Shown: positions 20,156-46,000 of the stretch, piece after piece
How the letters are laid out: each line of letters opens with the position of its first letter
How positions within the stretch are numbered: position 1 is the first letter of the stretch
DNA from: Tubiluchus corallicola
Lineage: Eukaryota; Animalia; Priapulida
DNA length: 64,000 nucleotides
Assembly (NCBI GenBank): GCA_030141605.1
Contig: JAQGDQ010000122.1
Coordinates: 310,001-374,000, forward strand
Direction of reading: 5' to 3'
Program-made: the position numbers and the translations under genes
The notes under the pieces: generated by a model
Databases searched by the model: none
What the model was told of the DNA's origin: nothing
Seen by the model: only the letters and a program-made list of their open reading frames with translations

Positions 20156-23100
20156 GTCAGGTTTATTAAAAAACTCATAAAACGTAATTATTAATAGTGA
20201 CTATCCCACCCATGTAGGCATATTTAAGAATTTTTTCAGCAAAATTTGAAAGGTTTGCGACTCACCAGTCACCATGCAAATTTTCAAAAAGGAAGTCAAT
20301 TTGCTTTTTGGCGGGAAAAATTCTAATTTTTTATTTTTTTTTCGAAACGTATTAAGCTGAGATGAGAACAAGGCACTAATGGCCAATGATATCACTGGAA
20401 GACATTCTGCATAAGCATAGTTTGGTTTCCCGCAAGGCCCATATATATGGAATGAGAAGTGTTCTTCTTGATGATCCTACTGTTCCTGCTGGCAGTGGCG
20501 ACGGCGATGGTATAAAATTGTCATAGTGCTGCTGTTGGCAGCGGTGGTAGTGTCAGAGATGGCGTGTCATCATCATCATTATAGTTGTCACCGTTATTGT
20601 TTTTTGTACATGTATTGTTGATAAACAATCCGTTTGCGATTACAAGACAGCAAAGCAACTGTAAAATGCTATTCGTAAATACAAGATGTGTAAAATACAT
20701 ATTTTGAGAAAAAAACGACTGCAAAGAAAGTTTAAAAAATATAGAATTTTGTTGCAGTAAATTTATGAGCAGTATACTTTTCAAAATATCTTTTTATTTG
20801 TTTATCAGTTTGTTTTAATTTTAGAGTCTTTATTTTTTCAACGTGTGCATCATTAGTTTAACTATATTTCTAATTAGACCTTAAGAAAGTAATTTATATA
20901 AATATGTATACAATATCATGCTGGCCTATTTAAAATTATGTAATTAATTGAGTTAAACCATGAGCAAATATTTATATATATATATATAAATATACAATAT
21001 CATGCTGGCCTATTTAAAATTATGTAATTAATTTCAATCGCGCAACAATAGTTCTGTTTCATGTATCCATATATTTTATGTATTTAATAAAATGTAAAAT
21101 AAATCATTATTGTTATTAATGGAGTGACATTTGTGTGATATTGTAGCGACGTTTTGATGTATTAAATGAATATTTACATCACATAAATTTGATTGGATTC
21201 GTCATTAGTAGTACAACTTTCCTTGTTTCAAATGATTAGAAATTTCTGTCCTTTCAACTATGAGTTTCTAACTTTTAAGTTAATCAACTTAATGACATTA
21301 ATTTTGACATTAAAATTTCAAGAATTTCATTGCATTGTAATCAACAGTTTTTAAAGTGTAAATTTGTGTAACAAAGTCCAGCGCTGCTGCTTTTTTTCTT
21401 TACATCAGAAAAGAACAGAATTGATTAGGACCATTGCAGTTAAACCATTTTAAAATGATATGATAATCGAGGCGGGCTGAAAATTTGCCCGAAGGGTAAC
21501 CAAACTGCAATTGAAGCTGATGACGCAGACATTTTTGTTCCATTGTTGTTCTTAAAAGCCATTTAGCATTTAGTTGAGTTATTTTTTCTTTAATTCTGCG
21601 TTGGTGGCCATTTTGAAACTTCATTGCCTTGAATGACCCTGAAATATTATTTTTCTGACGGTCCATATGTATGTTTATGTCAGCTGCTAATACATTACGC
21701 AATCTTAAATGCCACTTAGTTGAGTTATTTTGCCTTTAATGCTGCATTGGAGGCAATTCTAGTTTAAACTTCCATAACTTTTTTCCTAAGGTGGATTTAT
21801 GAGGATTTTAATATGTTGTTCTGGACGACTTTCTGAGTGTCTGTACTAAAATTAAGCCATACATTATTTTTGTCCAGGTCATGCATTTTTTGAGCTAACT
21901 TGACTGGACTATTAGTCATTTTAGTGTTAAGTCTATTGACTAAACCGCAAAGTGAAGTGATAACTACAGTAGGCAATGATCGTCCGCTACTATCATCCCA
22001 GGCAGAACGATTATATTGTACCAATGCTTCTAGCAATATGTGTAAACCATGTGCTTTAAATATTGGACGACAATATTGATCTGATGTTGTACCAGTACTT
22101 GACAAAAATATCCACTATTGTACCAACATGGTGTCAATATTTTCTGTACATATTTATTGTCAAGATCTTGACGAAATCATGACGATATGGTGCCAATATT
22201 GAGTGCTGACAGGTGTACTATAATTTTTGCTATTCTATTTTTAACGCATAGTACATTGCTAACCTCCTATGCTGACTGCCAATCAGACCTGCTGCATTTG
22301 AGTTCTAACAGCTTTTTCCGTTACTGGCGCCAGGACTTACCCCATAGCGCTTCGGTAATTGACGTCAAACATACTGGTCTATTTCTCCGCCCCGCTGCAA
22401 CGTAAGCACGCTCAAAGGCTTTCGGGATTACAGCTTACGCTGAACAACAACTGTCTCAACTAATGTAAACGGAACTAAACAACATGACAGTCACAACTAA
22501 TGTCTAATCAGCAGATGAACTGATTGCACTTTTTCATAAACACAAATTTGCAGAGCACAACTATTTTACACGAAATTAACACTTTGAGCAACCAAAAAAT
22601 GACTTTTCAATTTAAACAGAATGTAGAGACGAAGTTTCAAAGCACTACAAAATACAGAATTAAGCATAATAAAGAAACTAAGCCAGTCAGCCCTGCTTTA
22701 CAATAAGTTAGCAACAAAAATATTAAGCCTCTCTTGCCTTTAAACATACGAACATCAAACCTGCAATGTATTTTTCTATATTAACTGAGCTTGTGCTCGT
22801 CTACAGGATTTATTAAGGTTTTTATTTTTCCGTTTGTCAGGCTACGGAAATGGAAATAATTGACTGTTCCACTCCATAGACGACCCTTATATTGAATGCC
22901 CGAGTTACATAAATCCCAATGGCATCTTTTGACCATGATTATAACCAGAAAAATAGCGTAAAATTAGCTAATATTACATTAATGTATAATATAAGTTTTG
23001 ACCACATTTGAATTCATTTTGACTGTGAAGATGAGGTTTATAAAAACTGGCCAAAACAATAATAAAATCTAGAACCAGTCCAATATTTCTCCTGCTAACT

Positions 23101-24254
23101 AATGAAAAGTGATAACTACACTCTATGAGGTCGCATCGCATCCAAGCTCCTGTAGCCGAGACGTCGTTTATCTGATACACCAGAATGGCCAAATAATGCT
23201 CTGGCTATCGGTGTGCGACTTGGATGGTCAAACAAGTGACGAAATTAAAACGTTTAAGCTGGGTAACTGCAGCGAGTAATTGATTGGGTGCGATGTGGCA
23301 TGATGTGGCGAGGTGTGGCGTTGTGTGGCGTGGAGTATTGTTACAGGTTTGTGCACAACTCTTTTGCGAGATTTGAAAAGTATTACTTGATCATTTTAGC
23401 CAAATCAAAATGGGGAAAGTGAAAAGTGCAGTGTAACATAAATTAGGTGCTGCTTCTGGGGGAAATGAAATCAGGTTTCGGATGCCCTGCTGGTAATGTC
23501 AACGCGTTTTCAGAAAGCTTGGAGGTAACTTCAAGGGGTGGAGTGGGAGGGTAACTGGAAAAAATCACAGCTGCAGTGCATTTCTTCACCGTGTTCAGAA
23601 ATCCTGTAGGAAGAAATAGTCATAAGCGTCTGCTAGTTGAACTTTTGCTGACTATTACCATGCATCCATTTATTTGCCACGCTTTGCTTCATGTTATGGA
23701 AGAGGGGGCACAGGGACTATGAAGTTTAATTCTTTTCCTGTTCCTCACATTTATGTTTTTCAATTTCTGTCTGACCTGCAAGGTTTGTCCCTGGTAGGGA
23801 TGCCTCTATGAGGTACATGCTGCACATTGTGATTGTTTTTCGCCAAATGTAACTTTTCCAGTTTTGCGGAAAATGGATATATCTGTGACGTGTTCTTATC
23901 GATGGTTTATATTTTAATGTTTGTGTTCACTAAGGTTTCCGCTAACTATTTTAGCGGGCAAGCCACGAGGCGTTACTTTCTCTAGACTTATCATGGCAGC
24001 AGTCTTTGTGAATAAACAGATTAATAAGCAAGAAAGATTTATGTTAAATGTTCTATAAAGTTTCTAGCAATGTTACAAATGTTGCCAAGAAGTTACAAAA
24101 TCTGCGCGAAAAATTTAACAGAAATGTTTAAAAATTCGTAAAAATGCCATCGAGAAACTTTGTGGGTTTGCAGAAAACGAATAATGCGTATTTGACGCAT
24201 AAATGATGCTGTTTATAATGCGGTATCATTGCTATTTTGTATTTGTTATATTAG

Positions 24255-26299
24255 CATATGGTGAATTAGATGGCCAAAGCATACCAGGAGGTGGAACCAT
24301 AATACTTGGTCAGGACCAGGACCAAATCGATGGGGGATTCAGCAGTTCACAGAGCTACGTTGGCATGGTAACGGATGTAATCTTGACGACTGATCTTCTA
24401 GACTCATCTGCGATAGGTAACTAGAAGGCTGCCTTTTGCACGGGATTGAATAGTACTTTGTTTTGGCCTAGTTACATAACAGCAAAGGCAACAAACAATT
24501 TTTAAACGTTCATTATACTGTTTGCTGAAATCGTGAACTCAAATGCCTATTTGGACACGTTTACTAGGACACATTTACATTGCACCTAGTAAATGCAATG
24601 TAGTGCAGGACTGAAAGCATTGTTGTAAGTGTAAATTGTCCTCAGAGAGAAGATTCGTGAAAGGAGGCACTATTTAGAGAAGTTACTAAAGTGTGTCACT
24701 GTAGCGTAACATTCTCAGACAGGCGCAAAGACATTACTGACCTAAAGACTAAACAGATACACACTGACCTGTAAAACATTCAGCAATTGCAGGTTACAGG
24801 TGACAAAATCCATTTTTAAAGTCAGCTACTTAGAGGTACCTGGGGGGGACGGCACAGCAACGTATTGATTTCAAAATGCGTTCTTAAGTGCTAAAAAACG
24901 TTAATTATTGTTTGTAAAAGTAGATCACATCAATAGAAGAATCTATGACGACAAGCTTAGAACCGTTCAGTGTAAAATACTTAGCACAGCTGGATGAAAT
25001 TCAAGCGGGAAACTCGATAAAAAAAACTCCACGGTTGAGCACAAAAAAGCGGCGCATGTTGGTGTCACGTTTTTCTAAAATATGTTAATTATTGCTTGCA
25101 AAATAGAACGCTAACTTATGTACCAAAAACGCAATAAGGTCTATTTTCATGCTTGATCTCATTCCATCGCCGCCAGTTTTTTTTCAACAAACGATTCTAA
25201 CTTGTTGGCCCCTCAAGCTGCTGGGACTTTCCATTTGTATATGAAATACAACAATCTTTTGCCAACTATCAATTTTGTGCCAATTGCTATTGAAACTTTT
25301 GGCACCTTTGACAATGATGGTGAAAAATTCCTTTGTACATTATATAAACAAATTCAATAAGCCTCCGGAGAGACTAGGTCTACAAGCTTTTTATTCCTGC
25401 GTTTGTCCATTACCTTGTCAAAGAGGTAATGCAATAAGCGTTATAGGAACAATCTCTCCGTCTGAAAAGCTTGAAGAGATTATGAAGTTCCTTCAATTTT
25501 AATATTTTGCTTTCTTGACCTCTTACCCATGATTGTAGCAAAAATCTCGATTTTGAGGAGATAATTTCACGACTAAACATTAATCACTTTTTTGCTATTT
25601 TTGAAATCAGCTGCTTTTTTACATTGTAATTATACTTGTATATGGTATTTATTTTTATATAATTGCACAATTTGTTCTTTATGTTTTCAGTCATTTTGTA
25701 GACATAAGTTAAATGTAAATCTGTCTTGTGTTGAAATTTTACAAAATTAATTGGCCGCTATGTCTTTTTCATTTGTTGTCTTTTTGTCTATTAGAACGTT
25801 TGTTTACATAACAATTTGAAAAACAGGCAAGAACGATGGTAGGTCAGCTAGCATTCTTTTGCAATCCGAATAAGTTTCCAAGTGGATAAATATAAAACTT
25901 TAAATCTGCTAAAATAGAATTTTTAATGCAAGCCAAGTTCATTTTTAGTTGAGGTGTTTACATTAAAGTATGACATTTGCATTTTCAGAGGAAATGTCCA
26001 CCACTTGCTTCAACGTTGAAGGCGACCTCGCATCATGGCGGTTGGAAGACCTGACATTTGAAGCAAACGCTCACCCGATCTCTCCTAGCACCTGCCCATC
26101 TAAAGCACCAAATCCAGAGATATGTCTCCCTACTACACTAACGGAAGAGCAACTTCAGTTTCTTGAAAATTTAATTACCTATCTCATTCATAATAATGAT
26201 TTAACAGCTCACCAAATTGTGAAGCTTCTTTATTCAGACAAAAACTTGTATCGGCACCTAACTGAATTGGAAAGCAAAATTATTTATTTAGTAAACTGA
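24255..26299 (+). CDS. Pentraxin unit 3: two intact 3' exons (C-terminal half of the pentraxin domain plus tail), paralogous to the last two exons of unit 2
   Basis: Exon 24255-24416 reads SIPGGGTIILGQDQDQIDGGFSSSQSYVGMVTDV (canonical LGQ[ED]QD motif). Exon 25989-26299 reads TCFNVEGDLASW..PSTCP..PEICLPT.LTE.Q...ITYLIHNNDLT. Splice phases match unit 2. Confidence 0.8.
25240..25502 (+). mobile_element. 3' fragment of a CRE-clade non-LTR retrotransposon (restriction-like endonuclease C-terminus)
   Basis: KYNNLLPTINFVPIAIETFGTF..EKFL..L....*ASGETRSTSFLFLRLSI / QRGNAISVIGT matches the conserved CRE C-terminal pattern; contains a stop and a frameshift. Confidence 0.75.
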
Positions 26300-27742
26300 A
26301 ACCTATATAATGCTCTAGGTATGTCAATTTAACTGCATTTTATGTTACTTCACAGGAAACTTGCTGCATTAACAACCTTGATTTTAGCACGCACTTTAAT
26401 ACTTCTTGTTTAATATCACTGTAAGAAATGTTGTACGCACAAATTAGAAAAGCTAATTACAGAATCCGTAAATGTAATATTGTAGAATTCACTCTGTATA
26501 GTGTCTATGTAAAATTGTATAATGTTAGTTCAGATATTTTTGCCTGCAAAAAGAGGCTAATAAAAACTTATCATCATCATCATCTCTAGGTATTTAACGC
26601 GAGTAGTTGCTAAATCATTGAACAAGTAACTTGAGTCTCTTTGTAATGTCATGTTAGGCTTGATTAGGCTATGCAGCATTGTGCTCACGAAGTAACAAAC
26701 TTCACCTTATTACAGTCTGTTTACTGCATAAACGTACAGCCCCAAAATTGTAATTTTATGAGACCTACCTATCAAATAGGCTAAGCTTAATAATTGGTTT
26801 CTTTATTATAGTATGACTTTGTTACCTGTAATAGTGAACAATAATTATAGTATCTTTACTAACAAATGTGTAACAAAGTCTGTAATTTGTTCTCTATTTG
26901 ATCTCTACCAAAGTTCTCTTATTGTAATGAAATTCCTCCACAAATTGTTAAAACTTTATGCAAAATGAAATTCCATTTTTCCATTCCGCGAAGTTGTAAA
27001 TACGCCGTTTTGAATTATATTACTAAACACAGTCTTATTTTTTAAATGAGTCACTAGAATTTTCCTTAGTCCCGTAGTCTCTGTCATTTTAATTTTGAGG
27101 GTATTGTAAATGAAGACAAACAAGTTATGCCAAACGTTACCATCTTGCCTGAACAATGCCACCGCAAAACAGTGAAGCAATTATTACACTAGTGATGATT
27201 CTACGAGTAATTAATGCTCATTAAAACGAGGCTTTTAACTATAAAACATCTACACTATCGAAATTGCACAACTTTCCAAAATCGTTGAAAGACTTAATCA
27301 TAAAGTTGTCATTATTGTCAACATCGATTGTCCCTTACATTTTATGATTCCAACCTAAAATTATTGTTTCAAATAATCCTGCATTTCAAATACATTTTTT
27401 CTCATTAAAACATTTGACAAAATCATCATGCAATCAACACAATTCAGCATAACCGGTGTTCAATTTTTAAACAGTAGTGTTTTTATTGACGACCAAAGTA
27501 ATACGTACAAAACCACTTTTTATTAGTGATTTGAAAATGTATTCGAGAATCTCTAAAACTGAATTCGAATTCAATGCAAATTGAAATGTTGAAAGTCGAT
27601 TTGATTCAAATTCGAAAGTTAAAGATTCGATTCAATTTCACTTTCTGGTAGCGAATGCTCACACCCTAATTTAAATAGATCTGGCACAAGTCATCATTTG
27701 TACAAGAAGCTGAATAATACACATCTGTTACAATTGAATCAA

Positions 27743-27748
27743 TTTATT
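27743..27748 (-). terminator. Candidate polyadenylation signal of NAA10
   Basis: AATAAA on the minus strand ~530 nt after the stop; other candidates exist in this AT-rich UTR. Confidence 0.35.
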
Positions 27749-28281
27749 TCCTTAACATTCATTTCACATTACAATATTAAAGTAATGTTACAGTCAAAAT
27801 TAAATTTAATGTACACATTACATATCAACGCATAAACAAGTGTCAATAAAGTCGCAAGCTGTCACACATCAAAAAGAATGTTCTGTAAAACTGAAAGGAG
27901 AAATAAATTCATATAAATTAGTTTCATTAATTACATATTCTTTTTAACATTCATAATCATGGCAGATGGTGCCATCTAGCAGTGCTTTTGACAAATAACG
28001 ACTATGAACATTACAAGCAAATCGAGACTGTTGCAACAGGTTTGATGCTCTAGCTTTTAGAAAATTATATCTACTGCATTTGCGAAATGTCATTAAACAG
28101 GCCACATAGGTGAACAAGTTAAAAAGGCAACTGCAACTACTAATTCTCGTTGCTGCAACTGTAAACTCAAGCTGTAAATCTTTGTTCAAACCCAAGCTGT
28201 AAGTGAACATTCAGGCAGTCGCACAGATGCAAGATACAAAAGACACTAGAACAGAAGAGGAGACAGTCACATGTCGTCGTC

Positions 28282-40740
<12,459 letters not shown>

Positions 40741-41546
40741 TTCGTTACTGAAGTTTCAGGTTCACCTAAAGCATTACGGTGCTGGAAAAAAAATCAGTGA
40801 ATCTTCAATTAGCAACAATTAAGTAACAAAACATGTAAATGAAAAGCAAACAATTATATTAAATTTTATTGGCACATAAAATCATCTGGTATCATTCTGT
40901 CAAACATCACACGTGCACTAGGAATGTGCCGTAGTGGCATCTATCGGACAAATTTGTACTAACGCAATATTTTTTGAGTTTAGTCAACTATACTAAACCA
41001 CTGATATCTAAATCGAACCACGAAACTCTGCTAGTAAAAACTAATAATCTTGTTAAAAGTAAGTAAAAGTTATTGGAATTTGTTTTTACTATATAGTTCG
41101 GCACACTTTAAGACTGAATCTGTTGTCCCATGGTAAAGTATTACCTAATGATTATGTTTGTGGAGGAACTGGAACGTACCTCATTATCAATTTAATCCTC
41201 TAAGTTTACGATGAGGCAGAGATATCTTAATCATACTCAGAAGCAAAAACATCCTCTCTCACCAAAGAGAGCAATCGGAATCAGTACAACAAATGAAACC
41301 ACCCAATGCAAATATTGAAGCTAGGCAGCTAGAACCTACCTAACTTATGTTACAGGTTTAAAAATTATAGGTTACAGGTTTTAAAACAAGTACATGTATT
41401 TCTACGACGATTAATCTACTAATATTTCTACAAAATATCAGAAGTAAACTTAGTGATTCAATACCATGCAGGTAAAAACTATTACTATATGGCCTACCAC
41501 TTGACAGATTGCACATTTATAATAGTATGATCTAGTTGGGTCTTTT

Positions 41547-41680
41547 TCCTTATCCAAAAAATAAGGACCTAGATGGTAACTATCTATAATCGGTCCTCTC
41601 TCATATGCCTTTTGAAACATTCAACTGATGAAGCACTGATGAAAGATGATTCCATGTTGAACTACACTGTGCCCAGTCAT
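41547..41680 (-). mobile_element. Short 3'-end fragment of the CR1-like LINE family found at 59.8-62.3 kb
   Basis: CCTTATCCAAA.AAATAAGGACCTAGATGGTAACTATCTATAA..GGTCCTCTCTCATA matches 59822-59960. Confidence 0.8.
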
Positions 41681-42487
41681 TCCTACAATGTCTTGCTTAT
41701 CAAAGCTCTTTTAATTTTCTATAGTCTCTATTTTGTGGAAAATGCCATTAAGGTTTAATTTTTTGTTGTTTCCTCAGATTGTTCAGAGTATTTATTTTAC
41801 TGCTACTCACCATAGGCAATTTATCTCTCGATAAGAAACACCTTTTCCTTCAGCCTCTTATCTGTGGATTTCTTTCACTGCATCACTTTTCTTTACATTA
41901 CCATTGGTGCTTTCTCTATTAACTATAGTATCACTGGCATCACAAAGAACATTATGCTGACTATTAGATACATGCATGACATATCACTAGCAAATTACCT
42001 ATGCAAATTCTATTTTTCTAAATTTGAATTCATACTTTGACATTCTGCTTGTAACTTGTTAAATTGAATGAGCTTTGGATCTCTTTGTGGACAGGTTGTA
42101 TTAAAGAAAATCAACAACATATATAGAAAATATTAACTGCTAATTTTACCATGAAATTTTCAACTTTTATTTGATTCAATTTTCCAATTTTTCCTATAAA
42201 AAAGCGGAAAAAATAGTAGTAAACATAATTTTTGAAATACATTTGATGGTACATTCAGTAATATGGAGATGGGAAAACAAATTCTAACAAAATATATGTA
42301 AGCCTAAATTATAAAAAACTATAGAAACATTACTTATTTAGAATGAAGTCATTAGAAATTAATATTGTTAAACCTAATGACACTACAAATTTTGCAAAGT
42401 AAACGGTATGAAATTACTGCACTGGCCTATAAAAGTTAATATGCAGTTATGCAGTTAATTTGCACAATAAACAAGTCCAACAATAAG

Positions 42488-42930
42488 GCAATAAAAACAT
42501 TTTGAAAATTTTTCGCAATTAATGGCACTTAATTTGCACAGCAATACCAGCTTACAACAAATAATCAATACTGACAAGGCACAATTAACATCTTTGAGCT
42601 TCCTTATAAAATAACATAACAAAGTTTGTAAATTTTTGTTTAACAGTTTCAAAAATCAATGCAATAAAAACGTATTGAAAATTTGGCACTTTATTTGTAC
42701 GACATTACCAGTTCATAACAAACAATTAATACTGACAAGGCATGATTGACATCTTTAAATTTCCATATTAAATGACATAAAAAGATTTGTAAATATTTTT
42801 TTTAATAATTTCAATAATCATTGTAATAAAATTGTACAGAAAATTTCGGCAGTTAATTAACAGGACAATATAAGTTTATAAAGACCAATCAACACTGACA
42901 AAACACAATTGACATTTTAAGTTTCCACAC
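42488..42930. repeat. Degenerate ~165-bp tandem repeat x3
   Basis: Units start near 42488, 42661 and 42823 (G.AATAAAA...ACTGACAA..CA..ATT.ACAT). Confidence 0.7.
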
Positions 42931-43010
42931 AAAACAATTCAATTTCCGCACGAGTACAAACATTTTGCAAATGTACATTGAATTCTATTCAGTTTAATGT
43001 TTGAATTTAT

Positions 43011-46000
43011 TTACAAAGTAGAAGGTCGAGTACAACAAGCACATCGCAAGTAACCAGTCTCTCTAATGGGAAAGGCTCCTCTCAGGTAATGTGAAACGGC
43101 CACGGAGCATTCTTCTCTGACTGTCTGGAAAAGCGGATGCAACCGAGATTCTTTGCAACCCATCCACAAGCACAGCTTATCCAGGTTTTTCCCTGGCCAA
43201 AACACGTTCATGTTCATTCCATGTCTGTGTGAACATCTGAAGTCAAAATATAAAGAGGCCTCAAAGTTAAATTAAAACACCAACTACAGAGCCTTCAGCT
43301 GGAAAACAAGATAACAAACTTTTCTGAGATTTGCCATGTCATAATCATAAAGTCAAAGTGCCCCTTAAGTATCAAATTTTTTTCATTTTTCGCAGCTTTC
43401 AGCCTTCACAGATTTCTTCACCTATGAAGCAGAGGTACAATAACAAAAATTATAGGAAAAACTACATACAAAATGAAGGTGTACACTATACAATGACATT
43501 AAAAGAAGGGGTACCACAGTATCTTAATGAATATGATATCACTCATTTTAATGTAATTGTATACCTTTATATATATATAGTTTTACCCGTAATTTTTATT
43601 ATTCTACGCAAATTTACAGCTAACAAAGTCCATGAAGGAGGAAAGCCCCTGTGAAAAATAAAAAACTTTTGAGACTTGATGGGCACTTTGACTTCTCTAT
43701 AATTAGAGAGGCTTTACTAGAGGGACATAATGGTTCCTGCAACCAGATCAACATACATGAAGGCTGCTATATAAATGTATTTTTTGCATTAACATACACT
43801 GTAATTAAGATAATATACTAAGTCTTTGTCAGAGCATGAAGTGAGCATTTAAAAGGACAGCTGTCATCATTACCACAACCATCATCATGGACGTAAATTA
43901 AAAAATGTGTTACTGATTGTTATTGTCTAATACGTACTTGCTAATGAGTTGTCATTTAATAGTGATAGTAGTTTGTTTGGCTGTTACAGTTTCACAGGAT
44001 ATAGTACATTAGCATATGCAGATCTTTAAAAAATTATAAGAACACCATTTTCTGGAAATTGACCCAAAATTAACGGGTTGCGAGTATGATCTATAATTCT
44101 ATACCACATCCCGTGCAAGATATCAATTTTCTAGATATGGCTATGGCCGAGAAAAAGTAGCGGCAGACAGGCAATTGAAGTAATTCTATAGCACCCCACT
44201 GAGTTGGGGCAATAATAACAATTTTTCAGCTCCATGTCAGCTTTCAACACATAGATCAAAAACACAAGCCTCACAAACGTATTTTTGTCCTCATGTTCAC
44301 TTGTTTGCAGGCTGATATGTTTATAATATACGTAGTGATTGCGAAGACCTTTCTTTTTGTGCTGATAATATAACAGCATTTAACCAATCGTGGAGTTTTC
44401 CCTAGGTTTTCAGATAAACTGATCAAAACAACCGTAGTAACACTTTCAGTGAAATTACAAAGTCAAATTTTATAAAGTTGGCTGCTAAAAAACAACATTC
44501 TGTTGGTGAAGCTACACAAATATGGCAATCGAATGTGAAAAAGTTGTTAGTTAAAGTTTTTAGAACATTTAGTCAGCATAGCCGTGAAGCTTATTAGAGA
44601 TGGAAAATTGGTTGCACTTTCATAATCAATTAATCGGATATGGAGCCGATTAAGTAATTAACTGTAATTGATTATAGTTCTATTTTACGAGAAAACAGGT
44701 GCACACGAGGAGGTAGTGTTATAAAAATCATAAATTACAGCACAAACGTAATTAACCGAATTCACTGCAATAATGGCTATAATTCAATTTTTATAATTAT
44801 AAATAATATTATTTACTATTTTATATATTAGGCACAAAAACATGTATATACATTTTATACATGTCATAAATCATAAGTCATTTATTTCACATTATACATT
44901 TACAATAGTTTCATGTACAATATCTAGTGAAAGGACCTACAATGAACATAACACAAATAAGTTTTTATTGTTTCTGCACAAGAAAAGCCTCAAACACTGT
45001 TCACCTATATACAAATGTAAATGTGTTGCGGGCAATCAAAAAGCAGGGCATGTTACATTGTCCAAAAGTGAAAGAAAAAAAAGTAATGAAAATAACCTGA
45101 ATAATGTGTAAAAGTAAACAGTAAGATTACATAACCAGGATAAATAAGAAAGTTGCATGACTACTGTGTGCCATGCATGACAGCAAGAAAGTAAATCCTT
45201 GATAAGATCACCACATGTCATAAACATGGCTATAATCGTTATTTGATTTTTGTGGTACTGGCAAATGGACCAATTTTCACCGGCAACTGAAAATATAATC
45301 ATTGACTGGAAATAAAAGCTCAAATTGATTGAAAATATATTCTAAGTCTTACTTATTATCAGCATGACTGCAGTTCTAGTTATTAACAAATCCCGACACA
45401 AACCCACAGAGCTTGTATACTGGTAACCTACATTTCACTCTTGATTTTGTAATGACTTTTTGTGCCTTAGTAACTGGAGCATCACAAATTCATCTGATTT
45501 TTCATTTGGCTTAATTTCTAACATTGATAAAACATTTGAGTCAAAACAATTGTCTGCGCTCAATAAATAACATGCTGATTGCAAAAGGCTAGCTCTCTTA
45601 CATACTGAAATCTGGACTCAGCCACAGGGCTGATATTAAACTTCCAGCACTTCAGAAGATAGCCGGAATTTCAGGCAATCAGAAAAGGGATCACTCCAGA
45701 TCAGAAGACCCTGATTCGGTTCAGTAGTGATTAATAAATATTGATTTACCTTCTCACAATCCTCTTCAGATGTCTTGACATACGGGTATCATCCGTTTTG
45801 AAATCAGACTCAGATTGCGTCCTCTTTGATAACGACTCTAATCTCATGTCGTCTAAATCCAGCAGACCAAATTTACTCAATCTGTGCAGCTGTGTGTTGC
45901 TGTCTTGCAATTCTAGCCTGCTTAGTGCTTGTAGCTCCAGATGACTGAAACCCAAAATTTGGTCTTTAGAAAGCATTCCTGCTTTGCTAACCTGTAAAAA

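Noticed and set aside
21400-22405. ORFs of 70-100 aa at 21400, 21797 and 22187
   Set aside because: No recognisable motifs or consistent exon chain.
23290-23335. WHDVARCGVVW resembling the pentraxin signature exon for unit 3
   Set aside because: It is a 10-bp GATGTGGC-type tandem repeat with no splice sites.
40760-40870. Acceptor upstream of the NAA10 ATG with AATAAA ~100 bp further up (operon-like)
   Set aside because: The upstream gene has an AATAAA at its own stop 2 kb away; an ordinary 5' UTR intron explains the acceptor.
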